From: a virus
Lineage: Duplodnaviria; Heunggongvirae; Uroviricota; Caudoviricetes
DNA: 54,442 bases
IMG/VR virus record: IMGVR_UViG_3300013005_000022
Location: 1 to 54,442 of that record
Direction: 5' to 3' (one strand)
Shown here: piece by piece, positions 9,918 to 19,562 of the stretch
Layout of the letters: each line of letters begins with the position of its first letter
Position numbering within the stretch: position 1 is the stretch's first letter
The notes under the pieces: generated by a model
The model's database searches: none
Told to the model about the DNA's origin: nothing
Seen by the model: only the letters and a program-made list of their open reading frames with translations
Position numbers and translations under genes: made by a program

Positions 9918-9928
9918 GAATATATAAA
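9918..9928 (+). promoter_or_regulatory. Late-promoter-like motif
   Basis: GAATATATAAA before the LamG gene. Confidence 0.5.
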
Positions 9929-9945
9929 GTGAATTAAGATATAAT

Positions 9946-10992
9946 ATGCCAACAACCAGAACATTTGCTTATAATACAGGATCTACATTTGCCGGTGCTG
10001 ATCAGGTTGGCTTTGTTGCTGCTGGAACACCAAATGCAGGTTTAACTGCGACTGGAGTAACTTGGCGATCTGGTCCGGATGAAGATCCTGGATATATTAT
10101 TGCCTATCCTACGTCTGGTCCTAGAACTGCAGGTGGTGGAACAGAAATAATATCTGTACCGGATATAGGTTATAAACGATCTTTATCTAAGACAGATAAT
10201 TCATTTATTGCATTATCTAATCAAGTAGGAAACCAATCATTTGCATCTTTATATTCTGCCAGAACCTGGTTAAATTCTAATGGATATTGGACATCTTGGC
10301 CAGGAATAGTTTGGTCTGGATTATCATTATATTTGAATCCTTCTAGTAGTATGTCTTATTCAGGAACAGGAACTTCTTGGTATGACCTGAGTGGAAGTAA
10401 TTTAACATTGACCTCATTCGGTACTCAAACTCCATTAACGACAATGGGAGGAGCTTCCGGATTTAGTTTCAATAACTCAGGTTATTGGCAGTGTACTTCT
10501 AATTCAAGTTTAGTTGATCTAGGAGGAGATTGTACTGTAATATTATGGATATATGGAGATCAAGGAGGTTCGAGACGAACAATATTCGAAAAGGCAGGGA
10601 CCATATATCAATCATATGAACAGGAATTAGCAATGACGTGGGAGGTTGGATCCGGATTAAGTTATTATAGTAGATATAGTAATTATGATTATGCTGGAAC
10701 TGAAGCAACTGTTGCAAATACCTGGACAATGATATCAATAAAAATGTCAACCGGGAAAACTTCCGCTGCTAGAACTGGATTTCGAAGCAAAAATGGGAGC
10801 GCTTGGATTCAAGATTATGTTTCAAGAAGTAGCACCGCATTAGTTGCAGCCGGTGATTTACGAATTGGTACAGGTTATTCCGGAACCTGTTATCAAGGAG
10901 GTATAGGCACAGTTCTATGTTACAATAGAATGTTATCCGATGCCGAAATACTTCAAAATTTTAACGCAACTAAATCAATTTACGGACTATAA
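9946..10992 (+). CDS. Tail-fibre-like protein with C-terminal concanavalin A/LamG-like domain
   Basis: GLSLYLNPSSSMSY.GTGTSWYDLSG and IGTVLCYNRMLSDAEILQNFNA motifs typical of phage LamG-like domains. Confidence 0.75.
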   Translation: MPTTRTFAYNTGSTFAGADQVGFVAAGTPNAGLTATGVTWRSGPDEDPGYIIAYPTSGPRTAGGGTEIISVPDIGYKRSLSKTDNSFIALSNQVGNQSFASLYSARTWLNSNGYWTSWPGIVWSGLSLYLNPSSSMSYSGTGTSWYDLSGSNLTLTSFGTQTPLTTMGGASGFSFNNSGYWQCTSNSSLVDLGGDCTVILWIYGDQGGSRRTIFEKAGTIYQSYEQELAMTWEVGSGLSYYSRYSNYDYAGTEATVANTWTMISIKMSTGKTSAARTGFRSKNGSAWIQDYVSRSSTALVAAGDLRIGTGYSGTCYQGGIGTVLCYNRMLSDAEILQNFNATKSIYGL

Positions 10993-10995
10993 AAT

Positions 10996-11142
10996 ATGAA
11001 AAAATTTATAAATATGGATTTTGATGGCACCAAATGGTGGGTTGAATATAACGAAGATGGAATAGATAAAAAAGATCTATTTGATACTAAATCAGAAGCT
11101 ACGGCTTTTTATGAAACTTTTTTTAATACACCGCACAATTAA
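10996..11142 (+). CDS. Small hypothetical protein (48 aa), not in ORF track
   Basis: ATG 3 nt after previous stop. MKKFINMDFDGTKWWVEYNEDG... fills the gap. Confidence 0.55.
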   Translation: MKKFINMDFDGTKWWVEYNEDGIDKKDLFDTKSEATAFYETFFNTPHN

Positions 11143-11172
11143 ATTTGGCATAAAATAGAAGATAAATATATT

Positions 11173-11799
11173 ATGAAACATATACAACATTTCGATGACT
11201 TCTTAAATGAAGTAAAAAATGAAGACCAACCTAAAAAGGAAAGACGTGTCGGACATACTGTAAAAAGAGGATATTACAAATCAGATCCACCAGATATTGG
11301 TCTTTATTCTAAAGGAGGAAGAGATGCAATCAAAGGAACTGGATATGCCAATAAAGAAAAAGCCGAATTTACCATAAAGGAGCTAGATAAACTTATGGAT
11401 AAAGGAGAAAGAGTTTGGGCTATGTCTATTGCAACCACAATGGAATCTCGTGCTAAAAAACACCAACATCAAACAGATGGAATGCGTGATGCTATGAAGA
11501 TATTCCGTGAATGGATCGATAAAAACAAGAAAAGCGAATCCATTGAAGAAGCTGAAAGTAAAACTCTATTCCATCCCGGTGAAGGAGATAAAGTTGAAGG
11601 TACCGGATATGCTGATGCGGAAGCGGCTAACAAAACAATCGCCATCATTAATAAGTTAAAGAAAACTGATCATAATCATGCTATGGCAATTGCCACTACC
11701 ATGGAAAACCGAGCTAAAACTCACAAGTACAGTACTCCTGATATGAAAGAGGCAGCTAGAATATTTAGAGAATGGATCGATAAAAACAAGAAATCATAA
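11173..11799 (+). CDS. Putative internal head protein with two tandem copies of an about 75-aa domain
   Basis: Starts MKHIQHFDDFLNE. The GTGYA...AM.IATTME.RAK.H...M..A..IFREWIDKNKK unit occurs twice. Confidence 0.75.
   Translation: MKHIQHFDDFLNEVKNEDQPKKERRVGHTVKRGYYKSDPPDIGLYSKGGRDAIKGTGYANKEKAEFTIKELDKLMDKGERVWAMSIATTMESRAKKHQHQTDGMRDAMKIFREWIDKNKKSESIEEAESKTLFHPGEGDKVEGTGYADAEAANKTIAIINKLKKTDHNHAMAIATTMENRAKTHKYSTPDMKEAARIFREWIDKNKKS
11509..11793 (+). repeat. Identical 24-bp direct repeat at the ends of two duplicated domains
   Basis: GAATGGATCGATAAAAACAAGAAA at 11509-11532 and 11770-11793. Confidence 0.9.
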
Positions 11800-11996
11800 T
11801 GAATTCATCTTGGCTATATAACAGAAACCGAATAATGAGACAGCAATCAGAAGAGATGTTGCAATTACAACAGCAAATAGCTAATTCTGAGCAAGTCTCT
11901 ACTGATCTACCTATTGAGCAAACAATGTTACTTTTATTGAATGACGATACAGTAACCACTCTATCTATAGGAACTGGTTTAACTGGACCTGCATAA
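11799..11996 (+). CDS. Hypothetical protein (65 aa)
   Basis: TAATG overlap with the upstream gene. Q-rich. Confidence 0.5.
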   Translation: MNSSWLYNRNRIMRQQSEEMLQLQQQIANSEQVSTDLPIEQTMLLLLNDDTVTTLSIGTGLTGPA

Positions 11997-12069
11997 TTTT
12001 TTGAAACTAAAAATCTCAAGTGAAGTGAGATACATATAATAACTATAACATCCAAAAAATGTTATAACC

Positions 12070-12183
12070 AAGTAAGTAGAACAAGCTTAGATTAGGTGAA
12101 ACTAATTTAATCCGGAGTAAGTAAGTGAATCTGTTATTTAAGTAAGTTCATATTAAATAAACAACGTAAATTAAAAAGTAAGT
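12070..12183 (+). repeat. Four AGTAAGT copies plus a hairpin in the gp32 leader
   Basis: Copies at about 12071, 12116, 12141 and 12177. Hairpin TTAGATTAG-GTGAAA-CTAATTTAA at 12087-12110. Confidence 0.75.
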
Positions 12184-12186
12184 AAA

Positions 12187-13116
12187 ATGGAAAACAATTT
12201 CGACATCTTCAATCTGTCTTTGGATGATTTCAAAACAGAAGAAAAACCAAAATCTGGTCAGGATCTTTACAAAACAGATCCTAAATTATCTAAAGACTCT
12301 ATCTACAGAGCAATCATTCGTTTCATACCGAATGTTAAGAATCCCAAAAAATCTTTCGTTAAAAAATTCTCATACTGGTTGGAAGACGCAGGTGGAAATG
12401 GCTTTTACGTAGATTGTCCTTCATCAATTGGTGACAAATCAATTATCCAAGACACATTCTGGAAATTATTCAAATCTGAATCTGCATTCGACAAGAAACA
12501 AGCAGAAAAGATTAAACGTAAAGAGTACTACTACTCTCTTGTTTATATCATGAAAGATCCACAACGTCCAGAATTCGAAAACACCGTACAAATTCTTCGT
12601 TACCCTCGTGCCGTTAAGAAATTAATTGATGCACAAATCCAACCAGATGTTACTGATTTGGAAATGGGAACAGAACCAACTAACGTTTTTGACTTCTTTG
12701 AAGGTAAAGACTTCTCATTAAAAGTTACAATGAAAGGTGGTTATTGGAATTATGACGAATGTAAATTCGCTCAAGCTAAAACTCCAATCGCTGTAAGTGG
12801 TGTTAAAATGGATAACAATGCTGAATCTCGTAAAATGATTATGGATCTTTACGAAGGTGCTGCTGATATCGAGGTTTATGACTTCAAACCATGGGATGAA
12901 GATATGCGCCAAAAAGTAAATGGTGTATTAGGTGAAATTACAGGAAATCCTGGTTCTGCTTATAATGCGGTATCTTCTCCTGCAAAATCTGCTCCAGCCC
13001 CACAACGAACCGAATCTGCTCCTGCTTCAATGAATGAATCAATGCCAGAAACTACTCAACCAGCAAATAACGATGAAAACATCGAAGATTGGTTGAAAGA
13101 ATTTGATATTAAATAA
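12187..13116 (+). CDS. gp32: Single-stranded DNA-binding protein (T4 gp32-like)
   Basis: AIIRFIPN...DCPSSIG...YYSLVYIMKDPQRPE...GKDFSLKV...NYDECKF and acidic tail (DENIEDWLKEFDIK). Confidence 0.9.
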   Translation: MENNFDIFNLSLDDFKTEEKPKSGQDLYKTDPKLSKDSIYRAIIRFIPNVKNPKKSFVKKFSYWLEDAGGNGFYVDCPSSIGDKSIIQDTFWKLFKSESAFDKKQAEKIKRKEYYYSLVYIMKDPQRPEFENTVQILRYPRAVKKLIDAQIQPDVTDLEMGTEPTNVFDFFEGKDFSLKVTMKGGYWNYDECKFAQAKTPIAVSGVKMDNNAESRKMIMDLYEGAADIEVYDFKPWDEDMRQKVNGVLGEITGNPGSAYNAVSSPAKSAPAPQRTESAPASMNESMPETTQPANNDENIEDWLKEFDIK

Positions 13117-13145
13117 TCAAATATCTTATTAACACATATTCAACT

Positions 13146-13172
13146 AAGGGGTTCTACGGGACCCCTTTTTTC
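13146..13172 (+). terminator. Intrinsic terminator after gp32
   Basis: AAGGGGTTC-TACG-GGACCCCTT hairpin (UNCG loop) plus T run. Confidence 0.85.
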
Positions 13173-13183
13173 TTATAATAAAT

Positions 13184-14257
13184 ATGGAACTAAAAGAATC
13201 TTCAAAGAATCATATCATATCGTTGCTGGATTCAATTCTACGTGAACAATTTACAGGAGAAAAGGCAAATGCCAAGCCTTACCTAGATCGTATAAATTTT
13301 GCTTGCCCTTATTGTGGCGATTCACATGGTGGAACTTTTAAGAAGCGAGGAAATATTTATTGGAAAAATCTAAAATTCCACTGCTACAATGGTGGATGTC
13401 CTAAACCACATACAACCGTAGTAGATTTTCTTAAAGATCATGGAAAATCCTTCAATCAGAAAGATGAACTAATCCATGTATTAGATTTTATTCAAGCAAA
13501 TACCATTGTTGTACCGACTAAAGATTATCTTCAAGTAGGTATCTTTAATGAATTACGTAAAGGTGCAATTCCTTTAGCTGAAGTAAAATCTAAACTTAAT
13601 CTAGTTGAACCTCATCGAAATATGCGTATTGAAGCTTATTTGAAAGCTCGATTCATGCATTACAAAATGGAATTTTTTGCATACGATCCAAAAAAAGATC
13701 AGCTATACATATTTAATTTAACCCCAGATAAACAACATGTGTTAGGTTGGCAATGTCGTAATTTCGGTAAACGAACCGATGAAGCAAAATATGTAAGTTA
13801 TAACATGGAAAAAATGCATCTACTTGTTCGAGAAAAACTACTCGAAGGTAGTGGTGAAACCGTAATGCGTTTGAATACTTTATCTCTATTCTTCAATATA
13901 ATGTTAACCGACTTTACCAAAACGGTTACTGTGTTTGAAGGTCCTATGGATGCATTCCTTTGTAAAAATGCAATAGCACTTTCGGGTATTGATAAACCTT
14001 TTGATATGTTTAATGAAATGCCAAATATGCGTTATCTATTTGATAATGATTATATTGGCAGAAAGAAAATGGAAGAAATACTGAAGAAAAAACGATCAGT
14101 ATTTATGTGGAACAAACTTGTTAGAGATTATAAAGTTCGTGAAAAGGTGAAAGATCTACAAGATCTATTCGCTTATTGTTGGAAAACTAAGAATGAAGCA
14201 ATTAAACATTATGGAGAATATTTTACAGACAACCCTCTCGATATCAGATCTGTATAG
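13184..14257 (+). CDS. gp61: DNA primase (T4 gp61-like)
   Basis: Zn finger FACPYCGDS...FHCYNGGC. TOPRIM VFEGPMDAFL and LFDND. Confidence 0.85.
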   Translation: MELKESSKNHIISLLDSILREQFTGEKANAKPYLDRINFACPYCGDSHGGTFKKRGNIYWKNLKFHCYNGGCPKPHTTVVDFLKDHGKSFNQKDELIHVLDFIQANTIVVPTKDYLQVGIFNELRKGAIPLAEVKSKLNLVEPHRNMRIEAYLKARFMHYKMEFFAYDPKKDQLYIFNLTPDKQHVLGWQCRNFGKRTDEAKYVSYNMEKMHLLVREKLLEGSGETVMRLNTLSLFFNIMLTDFTKTVTVFEGPMDAFLCKNAIALSGIDKPFDMFNEMPNMRYLFDNDYIGRKKMEEILKKKRSVFMWNKLVRDYKVREKVKDLQDLFAYCWKTKNEAIKHYGEYFTDNPLDIRSV

Positions 14258-14258
14258 A

Positions 14259-14471
14259 ATGGAAAATGAAGCTAAAAAAATTGAAGATTTTGAGGATCTA
14301 AACCTCAAAGCACCGGTAGATTTTACCGCATCTGAGAAATTAGTGTCCAAAGATCTAGGTAATCAATTAGAGATTCCAATCATAAAATATAAAGTTCGTC
14401 CCAAAAATAAAGGGAAAGCCATCGAAGTTAAACTTGGCAAAAAACAAAAGTCAACAAATAATCTATTTTAA
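14259..14471 (+). CDS. Hypothetical protein (70 aa)
   Basis: ATG directly after the primase stop and TAATG overlap with the next gene. Start trimmed from the track's 14193. Confidence 0.55.
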   Translation: MENEAKKIEDFEDLNLKAPVDFTASEKLVSKDLGNQLEIPIIKYKVRPKNKGKAIEVKLGKKQKSTNNLF

Positions 14472-14917
14472 TGACAACTGAAGAACAAAAAGTCGAAACC
14501 CTAGATACCGCATTGACATCCGAACGAGATGATTTTTCTGCAAAAATACTTGATCTAATCAAGAACATAAATGATGTATCTAAGATTGCAGAGGCTCAAG
14601 TTCTTATGTTATCTTATCGTCATATGATGGTAGATAAAATAACCAAATATAGAGTAGCCCTTTATAAAAAGAAAACCTCTGATACTAATTATCGAAAACT
14701 TCGATATGAATATTACAAAACACAACACGATGTTAGATTAGATAATCGAGAAATTAATCAATACATAGATTCTGATATGGCACTTAGAATTCGCCAAACT
14801 GAATTATTAGAATCTCAAGTAAACTTCTTTCAGCAATGTGTAGAAACACTTGATAAAATGGGGTTCTCCATTAAGAACCGAATTCAAATCGAGGAAATTA
14901 ATCAAAGAGCATATTAA
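14471..14917 (+). CDS. uvsY: Recombination mediator (UvsY-like)
   Basis: Helical 148-aa protein ending ...YIDSD...LDKMGFSIKNRI, immediately upstream of UvsW. Confidence 0.75.
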   Translation: MTTEEQKVETLDTALTSERDDFSAKILDLIKNINDVSKIAEAQVLMLSYRHMMVDKITKYRVALYKKKTSDTNYRKLRYEYYKTQHDVRLDNREINQYIDSDMALRIRQTELLESQVNFFQQCVETLDKMGFSIKNRIQIEEINQRAY

Positions 14918-16440
14918 TGGAATGGAACCTAACACATAACGACAAAATACTTACTCTCGTTTCAGCGACTGAAATGGAGATTGAGCAACTTAATATAACA
15001 TTTGAACGTGAAGTAGCAAATGCCAAATGGGATCCTAGAGTAAAAAAAGGATGGTGGAATGGTAAAATCTCATACTTCAAATCTAATCGATATCTCCCTG
15101 CTGGTTTATGGAATGAGCTAATGGAGCTATCTAGACAATATAACTTTGAATTAAAAATCAATGGTATTGAACGTAAGTTTGATCGTGATATATCACTAGA
15201 AGATTTGCAGCAATGGGTAGACGAACGTTGGGCAGATGCTAAAATGAAACCTAGAGATTATCAAGTTGAAGCCGTATTCAATATCATTAAGTATCAAAAT
15301 TGTTTAGCTGAACTTGCTACATCTGCTGGTAAGACTCTAATTACCTATATGGCAATTGCATATTTGTTAGAGACTAAGAAATCTCATAAGATTCTAATGA
15401 TTGTTCCTACTGTCGATCTAGTTGTTCAAGGCACTGAAGACTTTTATCAATATAATGAAGAATCATGTAGATTGAAATTAGATATTCAACAAATATTTGC
15501 CGGATCGATTATTCGAGAAAAATCAAATGTGGTCATAGGAACCTATCAATCACTAGTCAAAAAAGACAAATCCTATTTTGATGAATTTGATACAATTATT
15601 GTTGATGAAACTCACAAAGCTAAATCCGCATCTATTAAAACTATTCTTGAAAAATGCGAAAATGCAACAAGAAAATTTGGTTTATCTGGAACTATTCCCA
15701 AACCTGGAACTTTAGATAGATTAACTCTTATGGCATACACCGGCCCAGTTATATCAAATGTCCGAGCAGATTTCTTGATAGAACAAGGTCATATCACTCC
15801 ATGTGAAGTATATGTTGTTGAAATGAATTATGCTTCAAACGAAGTTAAAGAAGGATTCAAAACTCTGTTTCAAAGATCTGAAGATGATCGTAAGAAACTT
15901 CTTAACATGGAACAGAATTATGCAATTCAATCCGAAGAGAGACTAGATTTTATTACTGATCTGATTCTAAAGAACATGAAAAACTCTCTAGTTCTTTTTT
16001 ATCGTATTGAATATGGTCAAAAGATATACAACAAGCTAAGAGATAAAACCGATCGTCGAGTACTTTACATAGATGGAGGAATTGATAAAGATCTTAGAGA
16101 AACTCATCGTGAAGCATTAGAAGAGGGTGAAGGTAAAATTATGATTGCATCCTATGGTACCTTCTCTACTGGTATTAATGTAAAAAATATCCATACTGTA
16201 TACCTAACAGAATCCTTCAAATCTGAAGTCATTATTCGACAATCTATTGGTCGAGGTCTAAGAAAACACGAAGATAAAAAGAAGCTACTTATAGTTGACT
16301 TCGTGGATGATTATAGATCAGGTAAATTCCAAAACTATCTGTACAAGCACTCTCTAGCTCGACAAGCCATCTATGATGAGCAAAACTTCCCATACACGAT
16401 AAAAACAGTAGATCTTCAGAGAATATATAATAAAAAATAG
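14917..16440 (+). CDS. uvsW: SF2 DNA helicase UvsW
   Basis: PRDYQ, ATSAGKT, IVDETH, GLSGT, STGINVKN, QSIGRGLR motifs. Confidence 0.93.
   Translation: MEWNLTHNDKILTLVSATEMEIEQLNITFEREVANAKWDPRVKKGWWNGKISYFKSNRYLPAGLWNELMELSRQYNFELKINGIERKFDRDISLEDLQQWVDERWADAKMKPRDYQVEAVFNIIKYQNCLAELATSAGKTLITYMAIAYLLETKKSHKILMIVPTVDLVVQGTEDFYQYNEESCRLKLDIQQIFAGSIIREKSNVVIGTYQSLVKKDKSYFDEFDTIIVDETHKAKSASIKTILEKCENATRKFGLSGTIPKPGTLDRLTLMAYTGPVISNVRADFLIEQGHITPCEVYVVEMNYASNEVKEGFKTLFQRSEDDRKKLLNMEQNYAIQSEERLDFITDLILKNMKNSLVLFYRIEYGQKIYNKLRDKTDRRVLYIDGGIDKDLRETHREALEEGEGKIMIASYGTFSTGINVKNIHTVYLTESFKSEVIIRQSIGRGLRKHEDKKKLLIVDFVDDYRSGKFQNYLYKHSLARQAIYDEQNFPYTIKTVDLQRIYNKK
16421..16434 (+). promoter_or_regulatory. 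Late-promoter-like motif
   Basis: GAATATATAATAAA at the end of uvsW, ahead of the internal-protein cluster. Confidence 0.5.
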
Positions 16441-16450
16441 TAGACTCATA

Positions 16451-16651
16451 ATGGCTATACTAAAATTCAAACAATTTCGTAACGTAAGAAATGAAGCTAA
16501 AGTTCTTAAGCTAAAAGAGAAAGCTTCTAAGGCGTTTAAAGAAGCATATTATGCCAAGCTCGAAAACTACGGAGCTAAAGATGCATCTGAATTGAATGAC
16601 GAACAACTTACTCAATTCCTAGAAGAATTAAAAACCTACCGAAACCAATAA
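16451..16651 (+). CDS. Small protein in UvsW.1 position, capsid-targeting-like N-terminus
   Basis: MAILKFKQF... directly after uvsW. 66 aa. Confidence 0.6.
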   Translation: MAILKFKQFRNVRNEAKVLKLKEKASKAFKEAYYAKLENYGAKDASELNDEQLTQFLEELKTYRNQ

Positions 16652-16657
16652 ACCATA

Positions 16658-17884
16658 ATGGCAGAATTACAATCCCTAAAGACTATATTCCAGAGAGAAG
16701 GCTTAGAATTTATCCAAAAACTTTTCAACAATTTTGTGATTGTTTCGGAGAAAGTTGGTGGGACTAGATTTGCATTCGAAAAAACTGAGAATGGATTGAC
16801 TTTCTTTAAGAAGGAAGGAAAAATCACTAAGGTTGATAGATCTTTATCTCAGCTATATGAACAACCAATAAGATACATCGAGACTTTATCAAAAGCTATT
16901 ATCAAAGAACTTCCGGAAGGTTATCGCTATGGATTCAGATATTTCTTAAACACAAAACCCGAGACTATTCAATATGATAATATGCCTCTTAATGGTCTAA
17001 TACTGACAGATGTTCAACGAGTATCTGATGGTAAAATGATTGAGGATCCAAAAATTTTACAAAAGATATCCGATCTTTTAACGGTTCAATCTCCGCCAAT
17101 TATTTGGTATGGTAAATTAGATGATAAACAGAAAGATGATCTTTTGACGTTTATTAAGACTCCTGAAAGTGAATTAACTTTACTTTTCAAAACGAGCTCA
17201 TTTACGAAATATGTAATTTCCATCTTAAATCCCAAACTTAAGAAAACTGCTTTAAACAACGACTTAAGTAAACCCATCGATTCAATTATATTCAAATTCT
17301 TATCCGATGAAAATCGTGAAACGGTTTCTGCTAAAGTAATAGAACCTATTATTGCAGAAATCAATAGAGATACGAAAGTAGATAGAGAGCCAACCGATAT
17401 GTATGGAATTATTCTATCTGATATCGTTGAGTTTCTTAAGATCACTGGTCTTAATCAATACACTCTAAAAGAAACCGAAGAGGAAGACAGATTCCTTGAG
17501 TTAATGTGTCTTATTTTCAATGAATATATTAAGAAGAACGAATACAAATATCAAGGAGTAGAAATGGATCCTTTGTCTTTTAATGATGTTCCTCAATTTG
17601 ATCTTAATATCGGATTCATTATCAATCAAACTACTCGTGAATACTTAGAGAAATCCAAGATAAACAAAATCATCTTCCGTATATTGGTATCTTCTATCAT
17701 CAAACCCAAGAAGAAACCAACCGGAACTCTTACCGAACTTCTTCTAAGAGACCTAAAAGACATATCTACCAAAATCACTAATAAAATTCAAGGTAAAAAT
17801 GACCCAATCAAGAATGAAGGTCTAGAGACCTTTGAAGACTTCCTAAAAAGAAAACAGGAAGGGAAATATATAATAAAAGACTAA
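16658..17884 (+). CDS. Divergent ligase-type nucleotidyltransferase (RNA ligase 2-like), possibly inactive
   Basis: EKVGGTRF resembles Rnl2 motif I (EKIHGTNF). Later candidate motifs LILTDV, PPIIWYG, DSIIFK and SAKV. Confidence 0.45.
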   Translation: MAELQSLKTIFQREGLEFIQKLFNNFVIVSEKVGGTRFAFEKTENGLTFFKKEGKITKVDRSLSQLYEQPIRYIETLSKAIIKELPEGYRYGFRYFLNTKPETIQYDNMPLNGLILTDVQRVSDGKMIEDPKILQKISDLLTVQSPPIIWYGKLDDKQKDDLLTFIKTPESELTLLFKTSSFTKYVISILNPKLKKTALNNDLSKPIDSIIFKFLSDENRETVSAKVIEPIIAEINRDTKVDREPTDMYGIILSDIVEFLKITGLNQYTLKETEEEDRFLELMCLIFNEYIKKNEYKYQGVEMDPLSFNDVPQFDLNIGFIINQTTREYLEKSKINKIIFRILVSSIIKPKKKPTGTLTELLLRDLKDISTKITNKIQGKNDPIKNEGLETFEDFLKRKQEGKYIIKD

Positions 17885-17891
17885 ACTTCAT

Positions 17892-18149
17892 ATGAAAGCT
17901 ATTCCAGAATTCAACAAATTTAAAGAAGATGTAAATGAAGCACATGATAATGTCGAACATTACATGTTCTTTAAGAATATAGAAAATATCAAAGTAATGA
18001 TAGATGAATTGTTACAAATGAATCCTACTCAAGTAGATATGCTTTTGAACAATGGACATGATTGGGCAGCTGATCATATCACATCATCTAAAGACGATAT
18101 TCAAGAAGTTACCGACTTTCTTAAAAGTGAAATAAAACAACAATCATAA
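17892..18149 (+). CDS. Putative internal head protein
   Basis: MKAIPEFNKFKEDVNE leader. 85 aa. Confidence 0.7.
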   Translation: MKAIPEFNKFKEDVNEAHDNVEHYMFFKNIENIKVMIDELLQMNPTQVDMLLNNGHDWAADHITSSKDDIQEVTDFLKSEIKQQS

Positions 18150-18164
18150 AAATATCAATTTAAC

Positions 18165-18521
18165 ATGTCACAAGATCTAAACGAAGGGACACATCAAATA
18201 AAAAGAAAATACGGAGAATACACTGCTATTAACGTATATGAAAGAGGTCCTATCCGCAACAAAATCATTGAGTTTGTAAAAAACAAACACGTTACTGAAT
18301 CTGAGCTAAAAGAATTCGTTAAGAAATTAGCCGAAGAAAGAGGTGCTGATTTTGATTCTAATAAATGGTTCAAAAGAAACGAAAGATACTTTGAGGCTTA
18401 TCAAAATAGAGGTCAACAAGTTTATACTCTTTCTAAATTCGGTCAACGAGTTTATGAGTATATTGTTAAAAAAGCCGCACAAAAACAAATCAATGAATCA
18501 ATTGGTCTTTTTAAATTCTAA
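18165..18521 (+). CDS. Hypothetical protein, possibly winged-helix-like
   Basis: 118 aa. MSQDLNE leader, helices then Y.L..FG wing-like end. Confidence 0.6.
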   Translation: MSQDLNEGTHQIKRKYGEYTAINVYERGPIRNKIIEFVKNKHVTESELKEFVKKLAEERGADFDSNKWFKRNERYFEAYQNRGQQVYTLSKFGQRVYEYIVKKAAQKQINESIGLFKF

Positions 18522-18538
18522 ACAAAACAAACATAAAT

Positions 18539-19561
18539 ATGAAATTACTTAACTTTAATGAGTTTGTTACTCATTTAAATGAATCACAAGAACTTCTATT
18601 AGAAGCTTTCAATTCTAGTATCTTACAAAGCGTTGTAACCAAACAACGTGAAGGAGGAATTGATAAGAAATTCTTCGATGCTCTCTCTAAAATAGGAGTG
18701 GCTGCCTCTGAGGTAACTAATTTAGATATTACTACTCTTGCTCCAGCCGATGCAGCTAAATATGCTGCCGCAAACCCAAACCAAATTCTAATTTATTATT
18801 CAACAACAGAAAAACCAAATCCTTACGTATCACCAGACGGTAAATACTATTATGGAACTATTAAAGCTGATGTTCCTTTGGCAGTTGTTAAAGGTAAATT
18901 GTTCATGGGGTTGGCTTATGATCGTTGGGCTTCTAAAGGTGGAAAAGCCGAATATAAGATAGTTGCTGGTACTGATGCTGGTACATCATTAGGTCTTGGA
19001 AATAAAGATTCTCGCGGATATGGTTCTAGTGGAATTAATACACTTAAGAAAATGGCCGATGTTTCAGATGTAGTTTATGCTATTAATCCGGATACCGTTC
19101 CATCTTCTAAAGCTCTAAAAGCAGAAAGATCAGAATCTAGAGCTGGTGCAATCGCATACAAAACAGATAAAGAATTCAAAGCGGAAAATCAATCTCGATA
19201 TGAAGCTATTCTAAGAGATCGTGCTTCTAATGAAGATATTGATAAAATGGTTGGTGATGCTATTGATACTCTTACTCAACAAATTAAAGATGCAATCGCT
19301 AAAGGTGCTAAAACTTCATACGGAGATGTTCTTATTGGTTTAAATCCTAAAGGAAGAGAAGTTAAGATGTCCGATGCCGGTCACTTAATGAGTACTATCC
19401 TAAGAGATTATGGAACATATGCATCTGCTAAAAATGACGAAATTGAATCAGAAAAACGTCACGGTGAAACTGATAGATACTATCGTAATCGTTCAGCAGA
19501 AGCGGCAAAAGCTATTAAAGACGGTCTTAATAAAATTAAGAACTTAAATTACGCTTGGTAA
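18539..19561 (+). CDS. Putative internal head protein (340 aa)
   Basis: MKLLNFNEFVTHLNES...LLLE leader. Confidence 0.7.
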   Translation: MKLLNFNEFVTHLNESQELLLEAFNSSILQSVVTKQREGGIDKKFFDALSKIGVAASEVTNLDITTLAPADAAKYAAANPNQILIYYSTTEKPNPYVSPDGKYYYGTIKADVPLAVVKGKLFMGLAYDRWASKGGKAEYKIVAGTDAGTSLGLGNKDSRGYGSSGINTLKKMADVSDVVYAINPDTVPSSKALKAERSESRAGAIAYKTDKEFKAENQSRYEAILRDRASNEDIDKMVGDAIDTLTQQIKDAIAKGAKTSYGDVLIGLNPKGREVKMSDAGHLMSTILRDYGTYASAKNDEIESEKRHGETDRYYRNRSAEAAKAIKDGLNKIKNLNYAW

Positions 19562-19562
19562 T

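Noticed and set aside
14193-14258. Upstream extension of the 14259 gene given in the track
   Set aside because: It overlaps the primase end by 65 nt. The ATG just after the primase stop is more plausible.
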